Below are positions 36,940-45,971 of a DNA stretch of 47,456 bases, one piece after another. The notes beneath the pieces are model-generated. The model worked only from the letters and a program-made list of their open reading frames with translations. It did not search any database and was not told where the DNA came from. The first letter of the stretch is position 1; every line of letters begins with the position of its first letter. Made by a program: the position numbers and the translations under genes. Origin of the DNA: a virus (taxonomy: Duplodnaviria > Caudoviricetes); IMG/VR virus record IMGVR_UViG_3300020045_011880, positions 1-47,456 of that record; one strand, written 5' to 3'.

Positions 36940-37853
36940 TCCCCAAAATAATCCTCCTTCTGCTTCTTCAACTTCAATATAATGCGCGGGGTCATCACCT
37001 CGCCATTATCATCGACAAGCACCTCGGTCTGACTGCACTTGCAGTTCACGGCATTGCCATCCACAGAATAAAACTCACGAACAGCCTGAACAGTAAACAC
37101 AGACCCATGACGCTGGGCGTGTGAGAGTCTGGTAGTGGGCGATAGCGCACTTATCCACACAAGCTTAGTCTTAATGCCAAGCCTGTCGTTAGCATCCTGC
37201 GCCTCGTCCCATCGGCCCCTGCGGTGAGCGCTGCCAATTTCAGTTCGCGCAATAGTCGCAGCCCTGGACCGCGACACATCGAATGCCTTAGAAATATCGC
37301 TAACAACATCGAGCGGGTTGAGCCCATCCTGCACAGCGCCGCGCAATATCCGCGACAGGCGCACACCGGCATCGCCCTGGAAGCCATCCATTTCCTCAAA
37401 CACGCGGGCACTAACCAAGGCAACGCGGCGCTGATACACATCGCTAAATAAAACCTGGGTAATGTTGCGCGTGTAGTCGGCTGATATGTTGGCCAGATTG
37501 GTTACCGCCATCGCGGTGCCGTTCTCATAAGCGGCCACGGCCTGGGCCACCACATAGTAATCAGGCACACGGCCAAGCTCTATCTCAAGCTCTGCGACTA
37601 TTGCCTCAAGATCGGGGATGCTGATTTGGTATTCATAGCGGTACTTGTTGACGTATAGCCCATTTACTACAATGGCCACAGTCGGAATTTGTTTGAAACG
37701 CTCTATCAGCCACTTTTCAGTGGCGTCAAGAGATTCATCTATAGCGGTCGTGGCCTTTCGGATTTTTTCCGATTGACCCACGGGGTTTACTATGCTGCGC
37801 GGGACTATCGGCTGACCGACATTCACCGCGCCAAGAGGGATTAAAGCGCCCAT
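36936..37853 (-). CDS. Minor head morphogenesis protein (SPP1 gp7/Mu gpF family)
   Basis: RAATIARTE, WISALSPTTRLSHAQRHG, NCKC. Confidence 0.9.
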   Translation of the reverse strand: MGALIPLGAVNVGQPIVPRSIVNPVGQSEKIRKATTAIDESLDATEKWLIERFKQIPTVAIVVNGLYVNKYRYEYQISIPDLEAIVAELEIELGRVPDYYVVAQAVAAYENGTAMAVTNLANISADYTRNITQVLFSDVYQRRVALVSARVFEEMDGFQGDAGVRLSRILRGAVQDGLNPLDVVSDISKAFDVSRSRAATIARTEIGSAHRRGRWDEAQDANDRLGIKTKLVWISALSPTTRLSHAQRHGSVFTVQAVREFYSVDGNAVNCKCSQTEVLVDDNGEVMTPRIILKLKKQKEDYFGD

Positions 37854-38200
37854 TAGAATTCCAGCAGGGTAGCCTTGATGCCAGTACCGCCGGTAACCGT
37901 AATCACGCCCTTAAGGTAGGCGTCGATAGAGTTCAGCGGGATAGCCACTACAGCACCTGCAGCGATTGAGGCAAGAGTAAGGCCAGCAGCAACGCTCACG
38001 CTGCCCACGCCCTTAACTGGCACGGTAGAGCCGCCAGCGCCGTCAATATTGGGTGTGAGCGCGCCGCCCGTCACGTTATCCAGAATCAACACAGGATTGC
38101 GCGAGGCGTTAAAGGTAAGTGTGTCAGACGCGCCCAAAGTGGTGCGAGTTACAACGCGAGATCCCGCGCCGGTCATTGCTGTTGCTGCGATTGCTGCCAT
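37853..38200 (-). CDS. Small Ala/Gly/Thr-rich putative virion protein
   Basis: Between portal and head morphogenesis gene; beta-rich composition. Confidence 0.7.
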   Translation of the reverse strand: MAAIAATAMTGAGSRVVTRTTLGASDTLTFNASRNPVLILDNVTGGALTPNIDGAGGSTVPVKGVGSVSVAAGLTLASIAAGAVVAIPLNSIDAYLKGVITVTGGTGIKATLLEF

Positions 38201-38211
38201 GGTAAAAGCCT

Positions 38212-39594
38212 CTATTTTTCAGTTGGTTTTGGGTTATCAATATTAGGGTCACGCTTGGGGGTAACGGGAGTTGCCGAACCTTCCCAGCCCATAGTCTCGC
38301 GCATTTCGTCGGCGGTGAATACTTGCTCTCCAGAGCCTAGCATTTTTTGATTAATGTCGGCCATCTTGGTGACGACCTCAGCCTTCTCCAGGGTGGTCGA
38401 TTCCGTTAGGTCTGGCCACAACAGATACCAATCCTGCTTTGGCAAAACGCCAATATTCACAAAGCGCTCAATGATGCGCATGATGTTTGGTTTGCAGTAA
38501 TTTGTCCGGCGACTGGCGCAGGTTTTATTCCACTGCTTGTTGTCCTCGGTGCTTGCGCGCTCGCCGTTTTGATTGCCCACCAGCAGCTTTAGCGGCTCGT
38601 TGATTGACGCGGCGAAGGATTGGGCGGCTACAAGGACGTATTCTTTCGGCAGCGGCAGGGTTACCTCAAGGGTTTTAACATCTATTCCCTGCAGCAGCAT
38701 GCTTTTATCCATGCCAGTTTGAAAGTCGCCCACCACTTCATCGATTTTATCGCCGATCTGATCAGGCGGCACACCCAGCATAGCGGCAAGCTTGGTGAGA
38801 TTGGTGGCTGGGTCCACATTCATAATCGGCGCGGCCTTGGAGTTTTTCCAGAACCCTTCCCCACCAGCGCCAATGACCTTCTGAATAGTTATCAGGTCAT
38901 TGAATCCACCCTCAAGAACAGACTCACCGCCGTAAACAGTAGAGTTCCGCGACCAAATATGCACCCGATCAGGATGTACGTTGAATTGGCGGTTTGCAGT
39001 TTGGGTGGAGTTTTTTACTACCGTGTTGGCCTCTGTGTACTGGTACATTTTGACCTGGCCATAATTCTCTTGACTTGGATCGCTGAACGTCTCAACAACG
39101 GTTAGCTGGCCCTGGAGTGCTGGTATTATCTCGGCGATACCCTCAAGACCTGCAACCCGGGTAACAGGCTGGTCAGGCATAAGCCCATCACGAAAGCGGA
39201 ATATGACCCCAGCATACTCGCCAATGCGGCTGTATTTGTCGGCCTCGGCGAGCTGCGACCAGAACATCAGGCGCTCAAGTTCTTTGGCTATTTGCTTCTC
39301 GGCTGGCGTTTGGTCGTGGGTATCTTCGCCAATAGTCAGCTCAGGGTTTTCTTGCCAGCAGGTTTCAACCGCGTGATTCACGCCTGCGCGCGCGTACCCG
39401 TTGCGCTTCCACATCATGTAAAAATCAGTGAATGTCAAATTTTCTTTGTAGCCGTAATCGGCATAGAGCTTAGTGTGCTTGGTATCGCTGCCAAAAAACC
39501 CAGGAAACATGCTTGACAATTGCCGAGTCATGGCATTGATGAAAAACTCGCGCGCGCCAGATTTGGCTGTATTGTTTGATTTTTGCGGCTTCAT
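38212..39594 (-). CDS. Portal protein (DUF1073-like)
   Basis: 460 aa after the terminase; YGY, VHPDRV, GGEGFWKN, GERASTED. Confidence 0.88.
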   Translation of the reverse strand: MKPQKSNNTAKSGAREFFINAMTRQLSSMFPGFFGSDTKHTKLYADYGYKENLTFTDFYMMWKRNGYARAGVNHAVETCWQENPELTIGEDTHDQTPAEKQIAKELERLMFWSQLAEADKYSRIGEYAGVIFRFRDGLMPDQPVTRVAGLEGIAEIIPALQGQLTVVETFSDPSQENYGQVKMYQYTEANTVVKNSTQTANRQFNVHPDRVHIWSRNSTVYGGESVLEGGFNDLITIQKVIGAGGEGFWKNSKAAPIMNVDPATNLTKLAAMLGVPPDQIGDKIDEVVGDFQTGMDKSMLLQGIDVKTLEVTLPLPKEYVLVAAQSFAASINEPLKLLVGNQNGERASTEDNKQWNKTCASRRTNYCKPNIMRIIERFVNIGVLPKQDWYLLWPDLTESTTLEKAEVVTKMADINQKMLGSGEQVFTADEMRETMGWEGSATPVTPKRDPNIDNPKPTEK

Positions 39595-39648
39595 GTGGTA
39601 CGGCTCCGAATCTATTAGGTGAAGTTTAACCGCTTTTTGGCGAAAGTG

Positions 39649-41310
39649 TTAGCGTTGGTGCTTTTTGAGGAATAAACCGACCGCCTGGTCATTCTCAACC
39701 GGCCAGTAGCACATTGCGATAGCGTCCGCAAGGTTTGGCGATTTGGTCCCCTCGGGCGTCTTGTCAATCACCAATTTCAGGCGCGCACCCTTGCCCATGG
39801 TTGGCTGGCTAAGCTCTTTTTCAATCTGCCGGATGTTTGGCATCTTGCTGCAAAGGCTGATAATGGTGTCTGGATCGCACGGGATGCCATTCACCACCCA
39901 CTGATAGGTTCGCCAAAACCGGTTGCGCAATTCCCACCAGGCTTGCGCCTTGAGATTGGTGTAAAAGTCCTTGTTTAGCGGGCTTTCTTCATCATCAGGG
40001 ATAATCGGCGAATCAGGATTTAATGGGCTGGCCGCGGCATTCCAGGGAACCAGGGCCAAGCCTTTAGGCATATCGCCAAGGTCAGCCAGATTGTTTGCCT
40101 CAGCCTTGACCCCAGAGCCCACGCCGATACAGTCATATTGAATTTCTACATTGCCCAGGCCTATGCAGGCGTCCACAGCTCTGCGCGCAGTAACGGCAGT
40201 ATCGCGGGCCCCCCAGTCCTCGGCCGACTTAAGTACAACGCCGTGACGCTTGGCCAGCGCATTCCTATCACCACCACCGTCCGCCACATCGAGCCCAGCA
40301 CCCCAGCCGCCAGTCTCACCAAGACCAAGCACCAGGTGAGCATCAAGGGCGACCTTAACCCACTCGGCGGGTACGCACACACCTTCAACCGCGGCGGAAT
40401 AATTCCGGTCTACCTCCTGCGCGAATATGTGCAGCAGACCATCAGCCTCAGCTTTCTTGCGCCGCGCCTCATACCACGCCTGATCTTTTGCCGGGTGATC
40501 CGACCAGTCCATTACGAAAATGCGCGTCCGTCCTTTTTCCATTGCCTTGCCTGGGTGCCACTCCTCGCCTCCCTCGCGCCTGCGGTGGAATGGATTGCCA
40601 ACACCGTTGACCGAACTGATATCAACCGGCACCCGGGTGTTATCTCCCAACGCCGCCTCAATCTTCTCGGGCCGCTCATAGTGCGCAGACTCATCTTTGA
40701 AATAGATCAGCTTGCGGCCGCCGCGCCCAATGTTGTCACCAGCCTCGCCGGTAATCGTCGCGCCGTTTTGCGGGTTGATGAATTTCATGTAGGTCATGTG
40801 ATCGCGCTCACTAAAACCAACCGGGATGAAAAACGCCGGCAGCCCGCGAATAATCATGCGCATCTTTTCGAATATGGAGTCAGCGTCACCAATGCGGTCA
40901 ACAAGCTGCTCCTTGCGGCTTCCCCAGCCGATTGCTGCGCCATCCCAGAATATCCATAGCCATACACTAAAGCCTGCGCACACCCAGGTAGCGCCCATGT
41001 CACGCGCCTTCTCGATTAGCCCACCTTCCTCATCGGTAATGCACGACAGCAAGAATTGAACCAATTCATCTTGCTTTTGGAAGCATATCAGGGGAATGCG
41101 CGAAGGTGTGCCGCGCCCAGCATTTCGTGGGTCGTAGGTGTCAACCCAATGATTGATGAACTCGGCGGGATGTGTGCGGTAATATTCTTTTGCACCAGCA
41201 ATCAGTAACGGGTTGCCGCGCAATTTCAGCACCTGGGCCTGCCGCCATTGCCACACGCTTACATAGTTTGGCGGCCAAGCATCATGACTCAGGGTTGAGG
41301 GTGGCAGCAT
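39649..41310 (-). CDS. terL: Terminase large subunit
   Basis: EKARDMGATW, GRGGR, FKDESAH (Walker B), GLDVADGGGD, KSPNLADA. Confidence 0.95.
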   Translation of the reverse strand: MLPPSTLSHDAWPPNYVSVWQWRQAQVLKLRGNPLLIAGAKEYYRTHPAEFINHWVDTYDPRNAGRGTPSRIPLICFQKQDELVQFLLSCITDEEGGLIEKARDMGATWVCAGFSVWLWIFWDGAAIGWGSRKEQLVDRIGDADSIFEKMRMIIRGLPAFFIPVGFSERDHMTYMKFINPQNGATITGEAGDNIGRGGRKLIYFKDESAHYERPEKIEAALGDNTRVPVDISSVNGVGNPFHRRREGGEEWHPGKAMEKGRTRIFVMDWSDHPAKDQAWYEARRKKAEADGLLHIFAQEVDRNYSAAVEGVCVPAEWVKVALDAHLVLGLGETGGWGAGLDVADGGGDRNALAKRHGVVLKSAEDWGARDTAVTARRAVDACIGLGNVEIQYDCIGVGSGVKAEANNLADLGDMPKGLALVPWNAAASPLNPDSPIIPDDEESPLNKDFYTNLKAQAWWELRNRFWRTYQWVVNGIPCDPDTIISLCSKMPNIRQIEKELSQPTMGKGARLKLVIDKTPEGTKSPNLADAIAMCYWPVENDQAVGLFLKKHQR

Positions 41311-41782
41311 ATGCGGCGGCAGCCTCCTGCGGTGTCATTTGGGACTTTATAGCCACCAGGGGTTGCCCATCCTTACCGGTGATCTCTCTTTTGTCAGCAA
41401 GGCCCAAATCACGGGCAATGATGTTGGGATTAAGCAGGTCAGCGGCAGCACCAGTGAACTTTTGTTGATAGATGACCCTATCCACTCTTGCCACGATACC
41501 GGATAAATCATGATCCTGCTTTCTCCATTCGTGCCATGTACTTTCGTCAATATCGAGAAACAAGCACAAGCCGCCAATGGTCATAGCACGCATCTTCTCA
41601 ACCGGCATGTCAATCACATCGCCGCGAAATTGAGTCACCCTATTTTCCCATAGCGGGTTTTCGTCCACCCATTCGAAATACTCTACACAGGCCAGCCATA
41701 GAGTTTCAGAATTTTTATAGAGTCTCGCCGGGCCATGTGTAGCCCTTGCCTCCCAAAACCTATTGCCCTTCGGTGCTGCCAT
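41282..41782 (-). CDS. terS: Terminase small subunit (P22 gp3-like)
   Basis: MAAPKGNRFWEAR..HG, QKFTGAAADLLNPNIIARDLGL. Confidence 0.92.
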   Translation of the reverse strand: MAAPKGNRFWEARATHGPARLYKNSETLWLACVEYFEWVDENPLWENRVTQFRGDVIDMPVEKMRAMTIGGLCLFLDIDESTWHEWRKQDHDLSGIVARVDRVIYQQKFTGAAADLLNPNIIARDLGLADKREITGKDGQPLVAIKSQMTPQEAAAAYAATLNPES

Positions 41783-41852
41783 TTTGCTTTACTCCTACCT
41801 GTCAGTATTTAACCAAATCATAGCCGAAATCATTCAAAAAGTCATGTTTTTA

Positions 41853-42275
41853 GCCCTTGGGGGTTTTTGGGGAAATCTTGGGGAGAAATTTTCCCCAAGA
41901 TTTCATTATTAGTATCATGCACTTACGGAGTTATCCACAGCTTTGGGGGCAAATTTAGGGGGATAGTGTTCCCCAATTTATTACCCCTAAATTGTATAAA
42001 TAATAACCATCGCTGCACCATAATAGTGCAAAATACGAATCAGAAAAAAAATACAGTGTATATAGTAATAAATACCCCCAATATATATATATTATTACTA
42101 TGTTATTGTTTTAATTGAATTTTTCTTGGGGAAAATTTTTCCCCAAGCCGCCCCCAAGGTATCCCCAAAACCCCCAGACTTCCCCAGAGCAAAAAACCGT
42201 TTTTTTATGGATTTTGTAGTTTTGGTGAGAATTTCCCCCAATTTCCCCAAGAATTCCCCAGGATTTCCCCAAGAT
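41853..42275. repeat. Putative replication origin: clustered TTCCCCAA/TTGGGGAA repeats, AT-rich core and DnaA box
   Basis: More than a dozen CCCCA/TGGGG units, two palindromes cttgggg-N-ccccaag, TTATCCACA at 41931-41939. Confidence 0.7.
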
Positions 42276-42314
42276 AAAACGTAACACTAGATAACCATTA
42301 AATTTATATTGTGT

Positions 42315-42342
42315 TTGCTTTATGTTTTTATGCTGCTATGCT
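42315..42342 (+). promoter_or_regulatory. Extended -10 promoter for the replication operon
   Basis: TTGCTT-16 bp-TATGCT preceded by TGn. Confidence 0.5.
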
Positions 42343-42348
42343 TTGCGA

Positions 42349-43032
42349 ATGACGACAAATAACGAAACAGTAAAGACCATGACTGAGGGCGGGAACTCCC
42401 AGGGGGTTAGTTATTTCGTAAAGCTGGATAAGCACGGCAACAAGTACAAGGCGATCAGCACCATCATTTTCTCAACCCACAATGAGATTGTTGATTGGAA
42501 TGAGCCTGGCATGGTTGACCTTATGGAATTGGGCGCAGGCAGAACGGTTCGATGTATGGGAAACCATTTCTTTTACGCCAACCCATATGCCGCAGTGGTT
42601 GACGCCACCACAGGCCTCATAACCGCCAGAATCGAGCAGATAGCCATTAGGGATACATTCACCCTTGGCCATGCCGAAGATGCAATAAGCGCGCACGGGT
42701 ACGCCTTCTGCCGCGATCAAATACAACACCTCAATAACGAAATAGAAAAGGCTAGCGATATGGCAAGAATGAAACCGGAGACAAATCCCACTGATGCACA
42801 ACTGGTGGAAATGGTGGGGCAGCTGGATAGGCTTATTGGGATCTTTAGTGTGCCAGGCATTGTGGCGTTGACTGGTGTAACCAGCGCCACAGTCAATCAA
42901 TGGAAGAAACGCGGCAGGATTGGGGCCCAGGCTGCCCATGAGATATGCCAAATCAAGGAGATAAAAAACCACGGATTTACCCGCGAGTCGATGCGCCCCG
43001 ATGTTGGGTTTTGGTATATCGACGTAAAATAA
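42349..43032 (+). CDS. Protein with C-terminal Cro-like HTH domain
   Basis: IVALTGVTSATVNQWKKRGRI...GFTRESMRPDV; exact start uncertain. Confidence 0.7.
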   Translation: MTTNNETVKTMTEGGNSQGVSYFVKLDKHGNKYKAISTIIFSTHNEIVDWNEPGMVDLMELGAGRTVRCMGNHFFYANPYAAVVDATTGLITARIEQIAIRDTFTLGHAEDAISAHGYAFCRDQIQHLNNEIEKASDMARMKPETNPTDAQLVEMVGQLDRLIGIFSVPGIVALTGVTSATVNQWKKRGRIGAQAAHEICQIKEIKNHGFTRESMRPDVGFWYIDVK

Positions 43033-43042
43033 GGGGTAATCC

Positions 43043-44608
43043 ATGGAAATACGTCAAGAAGAAGACTTTGAGTCTATGATTTTTCAGCGGGCGCAGGACC
43101 AGGAAATTAACCCGGCGATCATCGCTTATCAGTTCAAAATGCCCATTGCCTCGCCGCGCTGGTGGTGGAAACCCCAAGATCTTGACGAGTGTACCGATGT
43201 GTACGCTACCAGGGTTGACCTGCTGGCCGGCCGCGATGATGTGCTGAGTAATTTCGTGGAGGCTATTTCGGCATCCGTGCAGTTTCCAAAGTCAACAGCC
43301 TACCTTCATGGCCTGGGGGTGTTGTCGGCGGCTATGGTGGAGTCATTTTTCTACAAGTTTAATGGCAGCTATTCCAATACGGTGGCGCTATACACGGCAG
43401 GGGTGCAACCGCCATCCACGGGCAAATCTGGGATAAACGAATATCTCAGCGACCCGATAAGAGAGTGCTACAACGAAAAGCGCAAGGCATCTGGCGGTGT
43501 TCGGCTTAAGATCGAGAAGCAAATAGCGGGCGCTCAAAAAGCCATCAAAAGCGCCCATCACCCGAATGAGCTTGACGAATTGGCGCGTGAGATAATTAAG
43601 CTGGAGGAGGAATTGCAGAAGTACCCTAATTATAAGTTTTCATCAAACGATCCAACCGCCGAGGGCTGCGAAAAGCTGGTTCAGCGCAATGGCGGGTTCT
43701 GCAATGTGATCAGCGATGAAGCCGCGGCGATTAAGGTAATCCTGGGGATTGTCTATGGCAATGGTGCGGGCACCGGCAATAACGGTATCTTCCTGCGCTT
43801 GTGGGATAACGGCTATATGTCGGTTGACCGCGCATCGCGTGATGGGTTTGAGGGCAGGGTGCGCGGTACTGTGTGCCTATTGGCCCAGGATACGGCCGTG
43901 GAATCGATCCTGTTGGCTGGCCAGGGCGGCGAGGGCATTAGTGAGCGGTTTTTGATAATCCGCGAAAAGAACCTTCTTGGACGCCGTAACCATGAGAATT
44001 ACACGCCGGTCAGCGCGGTGCTGATTGAGGACTACAGGCTGCTGGTTCAGAATATTGTCGATACTGTGGGGCCGGTATATTTCACATTGACGCCAGAGGC
44101 TGAAAGGCTGGTCCGGGCAGTGAAGCAGGAGCATGAACCATTGATGGCCGATGGCGCTAAATTCTCAGCATCAATGCTGCGGGGGGTGGTGGGGAAGGAT
44201 GATAAACAGATCCTTAAGATTGCCAGCGTCCTGCACTGTGTTGAAAATTGGAAGGAAGGCGGGGCCAGGGGCACTGAGATTGGAATTGGCAGCGTGATCG
44301 CGGCGGTATCTATTTTTAATCAGTTGCTGCAAACGTATGTGGCGGCAGCAGATAGTAAAGGGTTCTCGGGTGAGAAAACGGAGCTTAAACAGATTATTGA
44401 GATTCTGGTGAAGCGGGCAAGCAAGATGGAATTGAAAAGTAATTTTCGAAACCTGCGCGATACGATAAAAAATAAACCGCAGTTTAATGCGGAAAACTTA
44501 ACATCAAAAATTAAAACGGATTACCTGCCGAATCTTGAGAAGCTAGGGTATTTGGTTTTTGATAGAGAGACTGGTGATTTTTATATTAATCCATTGTTGA
44601 AAGGTTAG
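43043..44608 (+). CDS. DUF3987/YfjI-family P-loop ATPase (putative replicative helicase/initiator)
   Basis: QPPSTGKS Walker A, ISDEA Walker B, GISERFL; adjacent to the origin-like repeats. Confidence 0.8.
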   Translation: MEIRQEEDFESMIFQRAQDQEINPAIIAYQFKMPIASPRWWWKPQDLDECTDVYATRVDLLAGRDDVLSNFVEAISASVQFPKSTAYLHGLGVLSAAMVESFFYKFNGSYSNTVALYTAGVQPPSTGKSGINEYLSDPIRECYNEKRKASGGVRLKIEKQIAGAQKAIKSAHHPNELDELAREIIKLEEELQKYPNYKFSSNDPTAEGCEKLVQRNGGFCNVISDEAAAIKVILGIVYGNGAGTGNNGIFLRLWDNGYMSVDRASRDGFEGRVRGTVCLLAQDTAVESILLAGQGGEGISERFLIIREKNLLGRRNHENYTPVSAVLIEDYRLLVQNIVDTVGPVYFTLTPEAERLVRAVKQEHEPLMADGAKFSASMLRGVVGKDDKQILKIASVLHCVENWKEGGARGTEIGIGSVIAAVSIFNQLLQTYVAAADSKGFSGEKTELKQIIEILVKRASKMELKSNFRNLRDTIKNKPQFNAENLTSKIKTDYLPNLEKLGYLVFDRETGDFYINPLLKG

Positions 44609-44612
44609 AGAT

Positions 44613-44786
44613 ATGTTGCTTGATGAATCTGAGAAATTAACAAAAAGAGAGTTGTTTGCTTTATTTGCAATGCAGGGAATTCTTGTAAACTCCGGTAGTT
44701 CGGGAATGGATGTTGATGCAGTGACAGACTTGGCAATTGATCAGGCTGATGATTTACTTGATATGCTTAAACAAAAAAAGGAATAA
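44613..44786 (+). CDS. Conserved small phage protein (57 aa, not in the ORF track)
   Basis: [16 protein letters not shown]...AIDQADDLL pattern. Confidence 0.75.
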   Translation: MLLDESEKLTKRELFALFAMQGILVNSGSSGMDVDAVTDLAIDQADDLLDMLKQKKE

Positions 44787-44787
44787 A

Positions 44788-45405
44788 ATGAAAAACCTAT
44801 ACCAAATTCTAGGCGTACCAAAAACCGCCACGAAGTCAGACATTAAAAAGGCGTACCAAAAACTAGCCATGAAGGCACATCCAGACCGTGGAGGTGACAA
44901 AGAAGTGTTCCAGGAGATTACAATAGCCTATGAGACGCTAAGCGATGACGCTAGGCGGGCTCATTATGACAAGAGTGGTAGCATCGAAAAAAAACAGTCT
45001 GTCGAGGATTTGGCTATCACCATGATTGCGTCGACTTTTTCGCAGATTATAGATTCGCATAACTTTTCCGGCGATTACGTTAATGCTGCGCGCAAGCACT
45101 TTAAAACAATTGCATCCAATACTGAGGATGAAATTAAGCGCATAGATCGCATTATCGCTAGGCTTGAAAAAATAGTCGGTAGGGTTGAAGCAAAAGACCA
45201 TGAGATAAATATATTTCAGTCAACTGTAATGGCCAAAATTTCCGACCTCAACCATACCCGCCATCAGTACGCTGAAAAGTTTGAGGTATTGCATATGGCT
45301 ATAGCAATACTCATGGTCTATAGCGATGATGTTGGAGCTGCTGCTGAATCTCAAGGTGTTAAGGATAAGATGAGAAAGGCGGGAATGTTTTTTGATAGTA
45401 TTTAA
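44788..45405 (+). CDS. J-domain (DnaJ-like) protein
   Basis: NLYQILGV...[18 protein letters not shown]...AYETLSD with intact HPD. Confidence 0.92.
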   Translation: MKNLYQILGVPKTATKSDIKKAYQKLAMKAHPDRGGDKEVFQEITIAYETLSDDARRAHYDKSGSIEKKQSVEDLAITMIASTFSQIIDSHNFSGDYVNAARKHFKTIASNTEDEIKRIDRIIARLEKIVGRVEAKDHEINIFQSTVMAKISDLNHTRHQYAEKFEVLHMAIAILMVYSDDVGAAAESQGVKDKMRKAGMFFDSI

Positions 45406-45415
45406 TAAAATAACC

Positions 45416-45444
45416 TTGCTTTAGTTGCAAGCTAGGCGTAAGCT
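45416..45444 (+). promoter_or_regulatory. Promoter of the ncRNA array with inverted copy of the shared operator
   Basis: TTGCTT-17 bp-TAAGCT; the minus strand reads agcttacgcc-tagcttgcaacta. Confidence 0.6.
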
Positions 45445-45546
45445 TTGATTTCTATATAAGAGCTATTTAACCCAATAAAGGTATTTGCAGCCATGAATGA
45501 AATGCTAGGATAGAACACCAACCCTCTCGGGTGCGCAGTAACGAGA

Positions 45547-45701
45547 GGGCAACCTTAAAGGCTCTGATAGCATTTAGGTAGATGCTGGCAAAAGGGGCGC
45601 AGAGGAAATACCGGTTAATTATTCTGCGTTAGATATGCGATGAGGGTAACTCGTGAGAGGCGGTTCAAGTCCGCACAGAGCCTTTAAGGTTGTGACGATG
45701 A
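45547..45701 (+). ncRNA. Structured tRNA-like RNA, unit 1 (no anticodon arm)
   Basis: Perfect 17-bp closing stem 45550-45566/45676-45692, D-like arm gcat-ttaggtag-atgc, T arm gcgg-ttcaagt-ccgc. Confidence 0.7.
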
Positions 45702-45805
45702 GATTAAAGATTCATTCCGCAATTGCAGCGGCACAACTCCAGCGCAAGCTCATGGGTTAACGAGTGGAGCGGGTGCAACACCGCAGGAAACCCATTGGCG
45801 ACAGT

Positions 45806-45934
45806 GGGCAACCTTAATCGCGCTGATAGACGTTTCCCGTGGCGCTCGCGAGCTAGGTAAACGAGACAAGATTAATCCTATTCTGCGGATGCGGGCCAGG
45901 ATTAACTCAGTGCGATTAAGGTTGCGGCGGATGA
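45806..45934 (+). ncRNA. Structured RNA, unit 2 (same outer motif as unit 1)
   Basis: 19-bp closing stem 45808-45826/45907-45925; internal stems cgttt/aaacg and ttaatcct/aggattaa. Confidence 0.65.
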
Positions 45935-45971
45935 ACGCAATCACCGTTTGCCGGGTGTAAAACGGCTTTAT

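Noticed and set aside
37151-37159. Second TTATCCACA DnaA box
   Set aside because: Isolated and inside the head morphogenesis coding sequence; likely chance
40138-40959. 273-aa + strand ORF and similar long antisense ORFs (for example 4001-4534, 31626-32150, 42472-43044)
   Set aside because: Shadow frames of well-supported genes on the opposite strand
41867-42118. 83-aa ORF inside the origin-like region
   Set aside because: Low-complexity translation of the repeats and AT-rich core, no RBS
41853-42275. CRISPR array or telomere-like repeat
   Set aside because: Units are 7-10 bp, irregularly spaced and in both orientations; no repeat-spacer periodicity and no cas or protelomerase gene
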